Both the position numbers and the translations under genes were made by a program. A stretch of 32,000 bases of DNA. Origin: Anatilimnocola sp. NA78 (GTDB lineage Bacteria > Planctomycetota > Planctomycetia > Pirellulales > Pirellulaceae). The notes below the pieces were generated by a model. It made no database searches. It saw only the letters and a list, made by a program, of their open reading frames with translations, and had not been told where the DNA came from. Location of the stretch: contig NZ_CP187419.1 of NCBI RefSeq assembly GCF_049819085.1, forward strand, positions 3,345,884-3,377,883, read 5' to 3'. Below, one piece after another: positions 11,660 through 19,711 of this stretch (the first letter of the stretch is position 1; each line of letters begins with the position of its first letter).

Positions 11660-12004
11660 TTACCGCTGCATTCGCCAGTCCAGCGTATCCACAATCGGAC
11701 GGAGTTGCCTTTCCGTGAGTGGGTTGCGGCCGCGTTTGATGGCCGGCAACAAAAGAACCTGCTCCTAAATGTCCGGCGCACGACAAAGCAGGTTTATGAT
11801 CTGGGTCAGACGTGCACGTGTTAAGTGGCTCAAACGCGCGAGCTCCGCCTGATTGGTCACCACCGCGTTATGCGGATGGGTCGGTTCGAGTTTGGGTCGG
11901 CAGTGATGTGCGAGATTCGCAACAAAACAGAGAGGGCGTAGTGAGCGCAGAGAACTGCCCAGCAACTTTGCTTTTAGAACGCGTGCCTTAAAATGCCAGC
12001 GCAT
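11660..12004 (-). pseudogene. ParB-like HTH small protein, copy 1, interrupted by an in-frame TAG
   Basis: It reads ..TNQAELARLSHLTRARLTQIINLLCRAPDI*EQVLLLPAIKRGRNPLTERQLRPIVDTLDWRMQR*. The TAG at 11765-11767 sits where copy 3 has CAG (PDIQEQILL). Homology to copies 2 and 3 continues past the stop. Confidence 0.6.
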
Positions 12005-12128
12005 CGTGAATTTAAATGGCGCGATGAAATGGCTACTTGAACAGATCGGGAAAACAACTTGAGTGAACTTCGGGCGCGCTGTGCCTGATCATGGAGCGAT
12101 GGTGATCTCAACGTCTGCAAACTAAGCT

Positions 12129-13253
12129 CTATTCGAAAAAGTAAATTCGCTGCAAAGCACGTCGGCACTCTCCCTCATGCTTCGGCAGTCCCTTCATTTT
12201 GCGGAAAAAGCCCAAAATGCTATCGTCTGTAGTGCTTGGAAAAAGGTAACGCGAAAAATCAGCCGGTAGTTGATCGTACATCTGCGGCGTGAGGCGAAAC
12301 CCGCACATCAGATAACTGCCCATTTGATTAGTAGCAGCCCCCCACCCCACATGCGCAAACCACGCACTTTGCCTATCCGGACGCCCGACAGGAAACTGCT
12401 TCGGCCGCACGTATCGATAATCAAAAATGGTTTCAAGTGGACATCGAAAGACAAACACTGTTGGTTCTGCGTCGTCCGGCAATATGCTGCACGCAGCATG
12501 TCCGTTTCCATCAGTAGAAATTGTATAAAGGGCAAACCAAGCAGCTACGTTAATATCGTCGGTCAGGTCGAGGCCTACACTGGGAAGGCCATAATGCTGC
12601 GCTATTCCCAGCGAGAATCCATCAAAGTCTGGTGATCGTCGCAGCGCTGCCACGTCGTCTGCATAAGCTTGCATGCTGCTCTCAGACAGCGTCTTGCGGT
12701 AGTCGCAACCAACGTCATGTAGCAATACCGCCGCCTGATTATGCCAAATCGATTGAAGTGTCAAGTCGTCAAAATCGGCCCTCAAAAAGCTCGGCAAAAA
12801 CGACGGTTCGTTGACCGTCGCTCCGTAAAGCAAATTGCTGTCTGCACTATTTCGATTAAGCATATACGTCCTTGACTGCCCGCGAAGTAGCAGTTTATGA
12901 CTCTGATTTGCAGAGGTGAGCCTGTCAATTGCCGACATGATTTCTTGAAGGCTACTCACAGCAAATATGGGGATTCGGCGATAGGGAACTCGCAACTCCT
13001 CGACGATTGCGAGCCCGTCAAGCTTGACGTAATGCTCCATTTTTTCCGTGCGTCCATATACGGCGCGTCTTACTATACGGTTGCGTGTAAATACGCGACC
13101 GTACTTGTGATCTAAAAACGCCTCGGGTGCGCCGAACCCACCATCACCGTCGGCGTCTCCGCTTGGGTGGGCCTCGTTGAACAACGGGTATACATTGTGC
13201 AGTGCTGGCAGTCGCAAACGAGGATCTTCTAGTTCAATAGCTTCAATCGTCAT
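12129..13253 (-). CDS. FRG-domain protein (374 aa)
   Basis: The motifs KLLLRGQSRTYMLNR...LPSFLR and GIAQHYGLPSVGLDLTDDINVAAWFAL match the (F/Y)RGQ and AQHYGLPTxLLDxT signatures of the FRG domain as I recall them. ATG 13253 overlaps the upstream stop as ATGA. Confidence 0.75.
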   Translation of the reverse strand: MTIEAIELEDPRLRLPALHNVYPLFNEAHPSGDADGDGGFGAPEAFLDHKYGRVFTRNRIVRRAVYGRTEKMEHYVKLDGLAIVEELRVPYRRIPIFAVSSLQEIMSAIDRLTSANQSHKLLLRGQSRTYMLNRNSADSNLLYGATVNEPSFLPSFLRADFDDLTLQSIWHNQAAVLLHDVGCDYRKTLSESSMQAYADDVAALRRSPDFDGFSLGIAQHYGLPSVGLDLTDDINVAAWFALYTISTDGNGHAACSILPDDAEPTVFVFRCPLETIFDYRYVRPKQFPVGRPDRQSAWFAHVGWGAATNQMGSYLMCGFRLTPQMYDQLPADFSRYLFPSTTDDSILGFFRKMKGLPKHEGECRRALQRIYFFE

Positions 13254-13870
13254 ATGACCATCACATTTGCATTGTGGTCACCAAAGCGAAGCGGCACGCT
13301 CATGCGATTGGCGACCCAGGTAAGGATAAACATTGAGAATGCAGATGATGCGCGCGCGTTGAGAAAAATGCGAGCTGCATTCCCACCGCGAGCGGCAATC
13401 ATTTCAGCAAAGTGACAGCACTGGGCCACCACAGCGGTATGCATCTGGGAAAGGGCAGGCAGAATCAAATCAGAAAGGAAATCAGGGAGTGCCACTACAT
13501 ACGCATGCCGCGCTGGATCGGCGATTACCGAGACCCGAGTTCGTTGCACACTAATTGCTTCGATAAAAAAACTGACCGTTTCATCGTCCAGCTCAGACCT
13601 AAACGCATCAAGGGAATGCGAACTGATTGTGACTCGGTTGCATACGGCCTGAATAAGTGCTGCATAGTCACTTTCAAATAATGGTGTTAATGCGGGGGCT
13701 TGGTTGATGGGGAGAATAAGTGTGGCTGGCGCGTGGGGATTGTAGCCTGGCACTTGCAATTCGCGAAACTTGTATATGAAGTCAATTACGCAAAGCCGAC
13801 TGTTAATGTGGTCGCAAAAGAGCGCAAACTCCGGCTGGTCAAAAGCAACACATGGGACATATGTAGGCAT
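13250..13870 (-). CDS. Hypothetical protein (206 aa), translationally coupled to the FRG-domain gene
   Basis: A clean ORF with a 4-nt ATGA overlap onto the downstream gene. No motif recognised. Composition is AT-richer than the flanks. Confidence 0.6.
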   Translation of the reverse strand: MPTYVPCVAFDQPEFALFCDHINSRLCVIDFIYKFRELQVPGYNPHAPATLILPINQAPALTPLFESDYAALIQAVCNRVTISSHSLDAFRSELDDETVSFFIEAISVQRTRVSVIADPARHAYVVALPDFLSDLILPALSQMHTAVVAQCCHFAEMIAARGGNAARIFLNARASSAFSMFILTWVANRMSVPLRFGDHNANVMVI

Positions 13871-14718
13871 TCGAAGCTCACAGTACGCGATAAATAATGA
13901 TCAACAGAGTGCTTATGCGTGGGTGCTAACCACGCTGATATGACGTGATGAAGAATGCTTCGCCAAAGAGGTCATTCACCGGCTTCAACACGATAATCCG
14001 TAAGTTCATGCGTACCAGATCCTGTTGACGAGTTGATTGCCACGCAGCGATGGTGCAGTTTAACTTCCTTGACTGCGTACTCTAACGGGGCTAAACTTGA
14101 ATAAACAGTCGTCGTCGCGTGAATTCGCTCAGCAGAGAAGCTGGAATCAGACCGGCCCCAAATTGTGCTGACCGGCTTCGACGGTCTGAATCACGCGGCC
14201 ATCAGAAGCTCACTGCGGCGTTTGTTGATTTCGTATTTGATGGAACAGGCGCAGCCTAAGGGCCCGGCAGTCAACTTCAATCCGTGGCAGGGCGGTGATC
14301 GCTACTCGAAAAGGATTGGCCTCGGGCTCGAGAGGCGGGCGAGCCGGCTGAGGCCATCAAGACGACAACTGCACGATCGAAGGTTGGAATGCCAACCTAC
14401 CGTCGGATTCGTTTTTCGAATATTCCGCGATATTGCTCACCATGCTTGCCCTGATCTTGATCTGCCGCTGATGTTCCTGTTGCTCGACGGCTCGCTCGTG
14501 AATTCCACGGTGGAAGCATAACTTTCGGCCAGGGTACGCTTCGGATCCGCCAGTTGCAGAGCGACAATGCCCCGGGGCTGTGGTATCCAACCTATCACTA
14601 GCTGAAGCGGCACCGGGATCATCGCAGTTTGATCCGAAGCTGTGTGCCGCAGTAAAGCGAGGTGCCAACCCGTTCTAGTGCAAGCTCCGTCCCGCGGCCT
14701 GGCCTTAACCTGTGCATC

Positions 14719-15069
14719 TCACTTTGTGATCTCGACCCACATCTCACAATGTTTCTTCCAGCATAACGTGGCGCAAATCGATCGCAACTTCTTTTCCATA
14801 AGCGCGGTTCGGCCAAGTTTAGCTTTTTGAAACTGTAAAGTATGTTCCTGAATAACAGGCGCAAGAAATAATAGATTCATGATTTGCGTCAATATGGCCC
14901 GCTTAACATGTCCAAATCGTGCCAATTCCGCCTGGTTGGTCACCAAGCCATCGCGGATTAACTGGTCGAGCCGAATTGGCAGTGCCATGAGTTTCGACAT
15001 TCGCGGGACGGTGCTCCCGCCAGACGCAGATTTCTCCCGCGTGTACTGCCGTTTCCGAAAATGCACCAT
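14719..15069 (-). CDS. ParB-like HTH small protein, copy 2 (116 aa if started at ATG 15069)
   Basis: MVHFRKRQYT...LVTNQAELARFGHVKRAILTQIMNLLFLAPVIQEHTL...LRSICATLCWKKHCEMW aligns along its length with copy 3. The ATGATG start of copy 3 is ATTATC here, so a downstream ATG is used if the gene is still expressed. Confidence 0.55.
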   Translation of the reverse strand: MVHFRKRQYTREKSASGGSTVPRMSKLMALPIRLDQLIRDGLVTNQAELARFGHVKRAILTQIMNLLFLAPVIQEHTLQFQKAKLGRTALMEKKLRSICATLCWKKHCEMWVEITK

Positions 15070-15080
15070 TCGTTCGATGA

Positions 15081-15262
15081 TAATGCTGAATCGTCCTTTC
15101 GTTTCGCGATTTCGCTGCCCAGCGTCTGGGTCCCGCACGAGTGGAATGTGATCGATATTTTCCCAACATCGCAGTCGTAGGCCGCGCATTTAACCAGGAG
15201 ATCAACAATGCGAGCCTGTTCACGCTGCGCCAGACAATCCCAAAGAGATTCGAACTCGATCG
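15081..15262 (-). pseudogene. Relic of the 3' end of a large serine recombinase gene (about 60 codons)
   Basis: My translation IEFESLWDCLAQREQARIVDLLVKCAAYDCDVGKISITFHSCGTQTLGSEIAKRKDDS aligns with the intact recombinase C-terminus AEFEGVWECLAPREQARMVELIVERVSYDGHAGSVAIIFRSSGLQAIGSEVSKRKDDAA. A TGA lies immediately upstream in frame and the normal stop is lost. Confidence 0.6.
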
Positions 15263-15448
15263 GCCCTTTCTCAGATCACCATTGAGGACGGTTTTAGGCG
15301 AAACATCAAGGTCCTGGCGTGGATTCCCGAGCGCGTTGCGTTTCTGCAGATGCGGGATGCCCGCGGCAAGGATGCTGACAATTTCACGGCGATGCTCATC
15401 GGGTGTCTTGGCATCCGGTCGATCGTGGCTTCGGCATGGTATGGCCAT
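15263..15448 (-). pseudogene. Relic of the small ORF that heads the recombinase module (homologue of 21764-22012)
   Basis: TPDEHRREIVSILAAGIPHLQKRNALGNPRQDLDVSPKTVLNG aligns with SPEERRHELANILARGVLRLVQRQRSASDAGALKPTKTLLDS. It abuts the recombinase 3' relic directly, which implies deletion of the DUF2924 gene and most of the recombinase gene. Confidence 0.4.
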
Positions 15449-15818
15449 AGGTGAAGGGTTGACGTTGAAACGCGCACAGCGTTCCTCCCTTACTTAAGCT
15501 ACGCGATGGACATGGTCCCTCGTCGAAATGCCGCAAAGAATTGTGCACAGGGAGCCGCATTTCCTCCCGCCATGTCTCGCGGGATGGTCACGGCTGCATC
15601 GAATTCTGGCATCATCCGCGGCCGATCTCGCGCAGTAAGTGTCCCAGTCAGTGCTCCTTAGCGGTAGATGATCCTATGGTGCAGTGTGATTTACGACCGT
15701 GTCGCACCTGCTACAATCATTATTGGAAGTTAACGCCTAGAAGAGCATTTAAGATGCCAGATAGTGAGCGACGGTACCCGGCGCCGCTCAACTAGAGGAC
15801 TATTGCACAGGAACCGCC

Positions 15819-16610
15819 ATGTATAAAGGCTTCGACCTTAGAGGCTTTTCCGAACGTTTTATTAAGCCTCAATTCCGGAATAGCCTTCGCGAACATGGCC
15901 GCGCTGTGACCGCGTCTAACCACGACGATGTTCGGCGCCGTTTAGCGGCAATCGCGACCGAAAATGCCGTACTCAACGGAGCGGAGATTCAAGACAGCTG
16001 GTTTCCGCAGGTAAACGCTGACGTGTTCCTTTCTCACTCGCATCGTAACGAAGATTTGGTGTTAATGCTTGCCGGGTGGCTCCACGACCGATTCGGACTC
16101 AAAGCATTTATTGATTCTTCCATTTGGGGCTACGCCGGCGAGTTGCTTCAGATTATTGACAAGGCGTATTGCTGGCAGCCGGAAAGTAAGACGTATAATT
16201 ACCAGCTGCGCAATGAGTCAACCAGTCATGTGCATATGATGTTGACGACAGCATTGGGCATGATGATCCATAGAACGGAATGCTTGATTTTTGTCAACAC
16301 TCCAGATTCCATCGAGGCGGAGAGAGTAATAAAATCGCAGACTTACTCTCCATGGATATACGTCGAACTCACGATTGCGGGCATAGTGGGCGAGGTTGAG
16401 CCCAAAAGACTAAAAGAGAAACGCGCGATGCTGAAAGCTGCTGCTTCTCGAGAACTCTTGGAACGTCGCAAATTGCAGGTACTTCATACGATCGAGCATC
16501 TTGATCGTCTGCGCCCGATCGAGAAGGAAACTCTGTTGACGTGGGCCAAAGACTGCAAAACAAAAGGCGTTGACGCATTAGACATGCTTTACGAAGTCGC
16601 GGCCTGGTGA
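15819..16610 (+). CDS. TIR-domain protein (263 aa), candidate second ThsB-type sensor
   Basis: NADVFLSHSHRNEDLVLMLAGWLHDRFGLKAFIDS gives the TIR betaA/alphaA region. ECLIFVNTPDS...SPWIYVELTIA gives the S.W...EL region with the conserved Glu. The gene is convergent with thsB. Confidence 0.6.
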   Translation: MYKGFDLRGFSERFIKPQFRNSLREHGRAVTASNHDDVRRRLAAIATENAVLNGAEIQDSWFPQVNADVFLSHSHRNEDLVLMLAGWLHDRFGLKAFIDSSIWGYAGELLQIIDKAYCWQPESKTYNYQLRNESTSHVHMMLTTALGMMIHRTECLIFVNTPDSIEAERVIKSQTYSPWIYVELTIAGIVGEVEPKRLKEKRAMLKAAASRELLERRKLQVLHTIEHLDRLRPIEKETLLTWAKDCKTKGVDALDMLYEVAAW

Positions 16611-16704
16611 ACCGGAAGGCGTAATGCAAATATGAAAAATTGCGCCGCAACTAATGCGTCAGTTGTATCGAGCGTGACGTCGCTTGACAGTTGATGCCAC
16701 CGAC

Positions 16705-17196
16705 TCAATACCTCGCACGTATTGCCAGCGACTGATCGAACCACTCCGCCAGGTTGTCGGTGATGTACTTGTAAACTTCTTTACTGTCCCAGAAGGGAGG
16801 GTCATAGGTCTGCACAATTGAAGATAACGGAGTGCTACCTATGTTGAAGCTGGAGAACGGATTGGTACCTTTACTCGATTGATCTCCCTTCGAGTCCTTC
16901 AAATTGTGGATGTATATCCCAAGGAGTCCCTTCTTTTCACGCCAAGCCTTTTCGATCTCGTAGTTTATCCATTTTCGTCCGGCGGTATTGGCGCCAATGA
17001 GAACTACGGCGCACGACTTCCCAAATAACTGCCCGTCGATCCAACTTTGAATCGCCGCATCGCCGCCCTTCTTGATGGACTCCCAGTCGTTGTCTTCTGC
17101 GGGCCTGTTGCCTTCAATACTGCCGATGCTGCGGACGGTAGCTGCCCGCCAGCAATCGGGTTGGTAGTGGAAGCTGTAAAACGCACGTCGCGACAT
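16705..17196 (-). CDS. thsB: Thoeris ThsB, TIR-like (DUF1863-type) protein (163 aa)
   Basis: MSRRAFYSFHYQPD...AVVLIGANTAGRKWINYEIEKA...GIYIHNLKD closely parallels Bacillus cereus ThsB (RVFFSFHYQ...CVLIGSQTFNRRWVRYEI...GIHINAFKD). It lies 9 nt downstream of thsA. Confidence 0.85.
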   Translation of the reverse strand: MSRRAFYSFHYQPDCWRAATVRSIGSIEGNRPAEDNDWESIKKGGDAAIQSWIDGQLFGKSCAVVLIGANTAGRKWINYEIEKAWREKKGLLGIYIHNLKDSKGDQSSKGTNPFSSFNIGSTPLSSIVQTYDPPFWDSKEVYKYITDNLAEWFDQSLAIRARY

Positions 17197-17205
17197 CGAT
17201 GCATC

Positions 17206-18615
17206 CTATTTGTTGAGTGCCTTCAAGATTTCGGTGACTGCTTTCACGAGCTCGTCGACCGGTGCGGTCTCATCACCGAGGATCGCAAACGGCTTAGCGA
17301 CATCAGCAGAGCCAAAAAACTTGGGAAGATCCTCGCTTACTTCATCCCACAATTCACGAGCAACATGGCCCGTGGCGCCTATTGGCAGCACAATCTTGCC
17401 TTCAGCCAGAGTGAGTCTAGCTTCCTCTCTAACGCCTTGGGCGCGATCAATACGATCATCTGCTCGCTTGTTTCCGCTGATTACAACGCAAATGCCAGCT
17501 TCAGCGATCATGCGCTTCCGATATTCAGTCCAGAACGCTGCGCGGTCTTGTATATCGGGGATCTCCTGGGGAAATGGCCAAAGCTTTAAGCGTTGGTCGT
17601 CGTTTCGAGGCAGGGACTGCAAAGCACCCGTGATGACATCGCCACCGATACCGTGGCCAAAACCGGAAATGACATTGAAGTCTTCTTTAACGAGTACGCG
17701 GCCTAACTCACGACATATCGCACGAAGTTTTTCCTCGCCGAGGGGCATAAAATCGGCCGCACTCCCGGATATCAGCACATCGCGCAGATGACTGCGTCGG
17801 TTTAGTTCGTTCAAAATCTCCGGGATTTCATTATAAGAATCGAGCAAAACCGGTTTGATGTTGTATCGTTCTAAGTCGACGAGAAAGTGCTTGAATCGCT
17901 GCACGTCGTAGCCAGCACCCTTGTAATCTTCCGGACGCGGTTGCCTGAGCAGGCAGAAATGCTTACGTCCCTGCGCGTCTACCAGTTGCCGCACGCGGTT
18001 AAGAATGTAGGCAAGGTTAGGGTCAGTGAAGCTCACGCCAATGAAGAGGAACGTCTTCTGAGTGAGGTCGCCCTTCAACGCAATGGAAAAAAGCTCTCGC
18101 TTGGGGTGATAGGTTTCGTAATCATCCTTTGCCAGAACAGCTTCAGCAATCGCCGTTTTGTCCCCGTGCATCTTGTAGATAGTGACGTCCGTTCGACGAC
18201 GTGTGAAGTTAATGTCATCTTTGTGCCGCTTCACATCGACCCGCTTACCGGCCAATTCAAATGCCTTCTCAAGCAAGTCATCGTAGTTGGTTGTCCATAT
18301 TGTTCCCAAAGGGAGCGAAGCGATAAGCTTGTGTGCCCTCGTTGGTTCGTGTGTTTCGAGAAACTCATCGACCAAAATCTGGTTGAGCTTATCCCGCCCC
18401 TTTCGCTCGTTTAGATGGAATTGCGCAAGCGTGATAAGATCGGATTCACGCTCGACGTCGAGTCCCAGATCCTCAGCAATTTCCTTCAGCAACCCCTTCC
18501 AGTCGACATATCCCGCTGCCTTCGAGACGCCAGCGCCGACGAACATTGCTGCGGAGCCGTTCCGCATAGCTTCCGAATACTCGCGAATAAAGATCTTGCG
18601 ATCTATTGCGGCCAT
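17206..18615 (-). CDS. thsA: Thoeris ThsA, SIR2 NADase plus SLOG domain (469 aa)
   Basis: Collinear with B. cereus ThsA from memory. SIR2 motifs are AAMFVGAGVS, IWTTNYDDLLEKA (catalytic Asn), IYKMHGD (catalytic His) and TFLFIGVSFTDPNLAYIL. SLOG motifs are LISGSA, FNVISGFGHGIGG, WPFPQ and VLPIGATGHVARELWDEV. GGAGGA sits upstream of ATG 18615. Confidence 0.9.
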   Translation of the reverse strand: MAAIDRKIFIREYSEAMRNGSAAMFVGAGVSKAAGYVDWKGLLKEIAEDLGLDVERESDLITLAQFHLNERKGRDKLNQILVDEFLETHEPTRAHKLIASLPLGTIWTTNYDDLLEKAFELAGKRVDVKRHKDDINFTRRRTDVTIYKMHGDKTAIAEAVLAKDDYETYHPKRELFSIALKGDLTQKTFLFIGVSFTDPNLAYILNRVRQLVDAQGRKHFCLLRQPRPEDYKGAGYDVQRFKHFLVDLERYNIKPVLLDSYNEIPEILNELNRRSHLRDVLISGSAADFMPLGEEKLRAICRELGRVLVKEDFNVISGFGHGIGGDVITGALQSLPRNDDQRLKLWPFPQEIPDIQDRAAFWTEYRKRMIAEAGICVVISGNKRADDRIDRAQGVREEARLTLAEGKIVLPIGATGHVARELWDEVSEDLPKFFGSADVAKPFAILGDETAPVDELVKAVTEILKALNK

Positions 18616-18931
18616 AAGTCCTCCGATTACGAATGCTTAAATCAAGCCTTAGATCCCTTCGGCAGTCCCGTTTGAAAGACACGTTTGGTCTTATCGGCAG
18701 AATCCGATTTGTGATCGCCGCCTGATTGTAACGATCGAAACACAGTCAGTTCAACATCTTCCGCTGACATTTCCGAACAATTACATCTACAAGCTGAGAT
18801 GGCGTTCTGGGGCGCGGCACTGCGATTGTTTCATTCACACTGTAATCCTCCTGGATCACTGGAGCGCGATTCCGCAGGTTCACGGATTTACGTCACGTGC
18901 GGCGGCGAAAACATGCTTCAACTCCGAATTC

Positions 18932-19270
18932 TCATTTTCGCCTTCCTAAGCTATCAACTAACTCGGAAACGAAGGCGTTTGTACGTCCCTCCAGCTTCCC
19001 ACCAAGGGCCGCCCATTGGGTCTGAAATCCCAATTCGCGTGCTTCTGCCAAGCCAAGCAAGCTATTCGTACAAACTTCTTCCGAAACGTCATGGTCTGCC
19101 ATCGTAGAAAGCAGGCATCGCATCACCCAAAGCGTCGTTGACCCGGCGTCAATGCCCATATGACCAAAGCCGGGCTTCTCAATCCATTCTTCCTCGGTGC
19201 GGCCGGCAAAGGATTTTGCATCGCTCTTAGCAGGGCTAGACAATTGAAATCCACGAGGAACTATTCGCAA
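18932..19270 (-). CDS. Possible small hypothetical protein between HTH copy 3 and thsA. Start uncertain.
   Basis: This is the only co-directional ORF in a 720-bp gap. Internal Met candidates are MGIDAGS.. and MADHDVSEEV... No motif recognised. Confidence 0.25.
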   Translation of the reverse strand: MRIVPRGFQLSSPAKSDAKSFAGRTEEEWIEKPGFGHMGIDAGSTTLWVMRCLLSTMADHDVSEEVCTNSLLGLAEARELGFQTQWAALGGKLEGRTNAFVSELVDSLGRRK

Positions 19271-19333
19271 CCAAAGCTCTACGAGGAGCCAAAAAGCCGA
19301 AACAAGAACAGCGTAAGTCGTTTTTGCACCAAA

Positions 19334-19711
19334 TCACTTTGTTAAAACGTTCCACATCTGTCGCTGTTTCTTCCAACAGAACGTTGCGTAGATTGGGCGC
19401 AACTGCTTCTCAGTAACTGGGGCCCGCCCCGGCCCGGTCTGTTGAATTAAAAGAATCTGTTCCTGAATATCCGGAGCGAGAGTCAACAGGTTCATGATCT
19501 GTGTCAGCCGCGCGCGCGTAACATGGCCGAGCCGCGCCAATTCCGCTTGATCGGTCATCAATCCTTCGCGAATCAATTGCTCAAGTCGAATCGCGAGCGC
19601 CATTAGCCGCGAGACACGTGGAACACGACCGCCTCCCGATGCCAAATGAGATGTTGATTCTTGGCTTGCGCTTTGTTTCCGCTGAAAATGGACCTTACGT
19701 TCGATCATCAT
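19334..19711 (-). CDS. ParB-like HTH small protein, copy 3 (125 aa), intact, last gene of the recombinase module
   Basis: LMTDQAELARLGHVTRARLTQIMNLLTLAPDIQEQILL resembles the ParB/KorB HTH plus LP..VQ..L element. Its ATG overlaps the recombinase stop as ATGA. Confidence 0.7.
   Translation of the reverse strand: MMIERKVHFQRKQSASQESTSHLASGGGRVPRVSRLMALAIRLEQLIREGLMTDQAELARLGHVTRARLTQIMNLLTLAPDIQEQILLIQQTGPGRAPVTEKQLRPIYATFCWKKQRQMWNVLTK

Larger units (their letters stand above)
461..19333. mobile_element. Composite defence island next to tRNA-Asn, built from three cargo modules separated by decayed recombinase-module relics
   Basis: See features at 11660-12004 and 14719-15448. The cargo is an RM-like helicase/methylase/ATPase operon, the FRG operon and Thoeris. 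No flanking direct repeat was identified by eye. Confidence 0.5.

Noticed and set aside
14165-14668. Track ORFs 14165..14521 (plus strand), 14357..14668 and 14437..14622 (minus strand) as genes
   Set aside because: They overlap one another, lack a recognisable RBS or motifs, and have implausible composition. The interval is kept as non-coding or decayed sequence pending transcript data.
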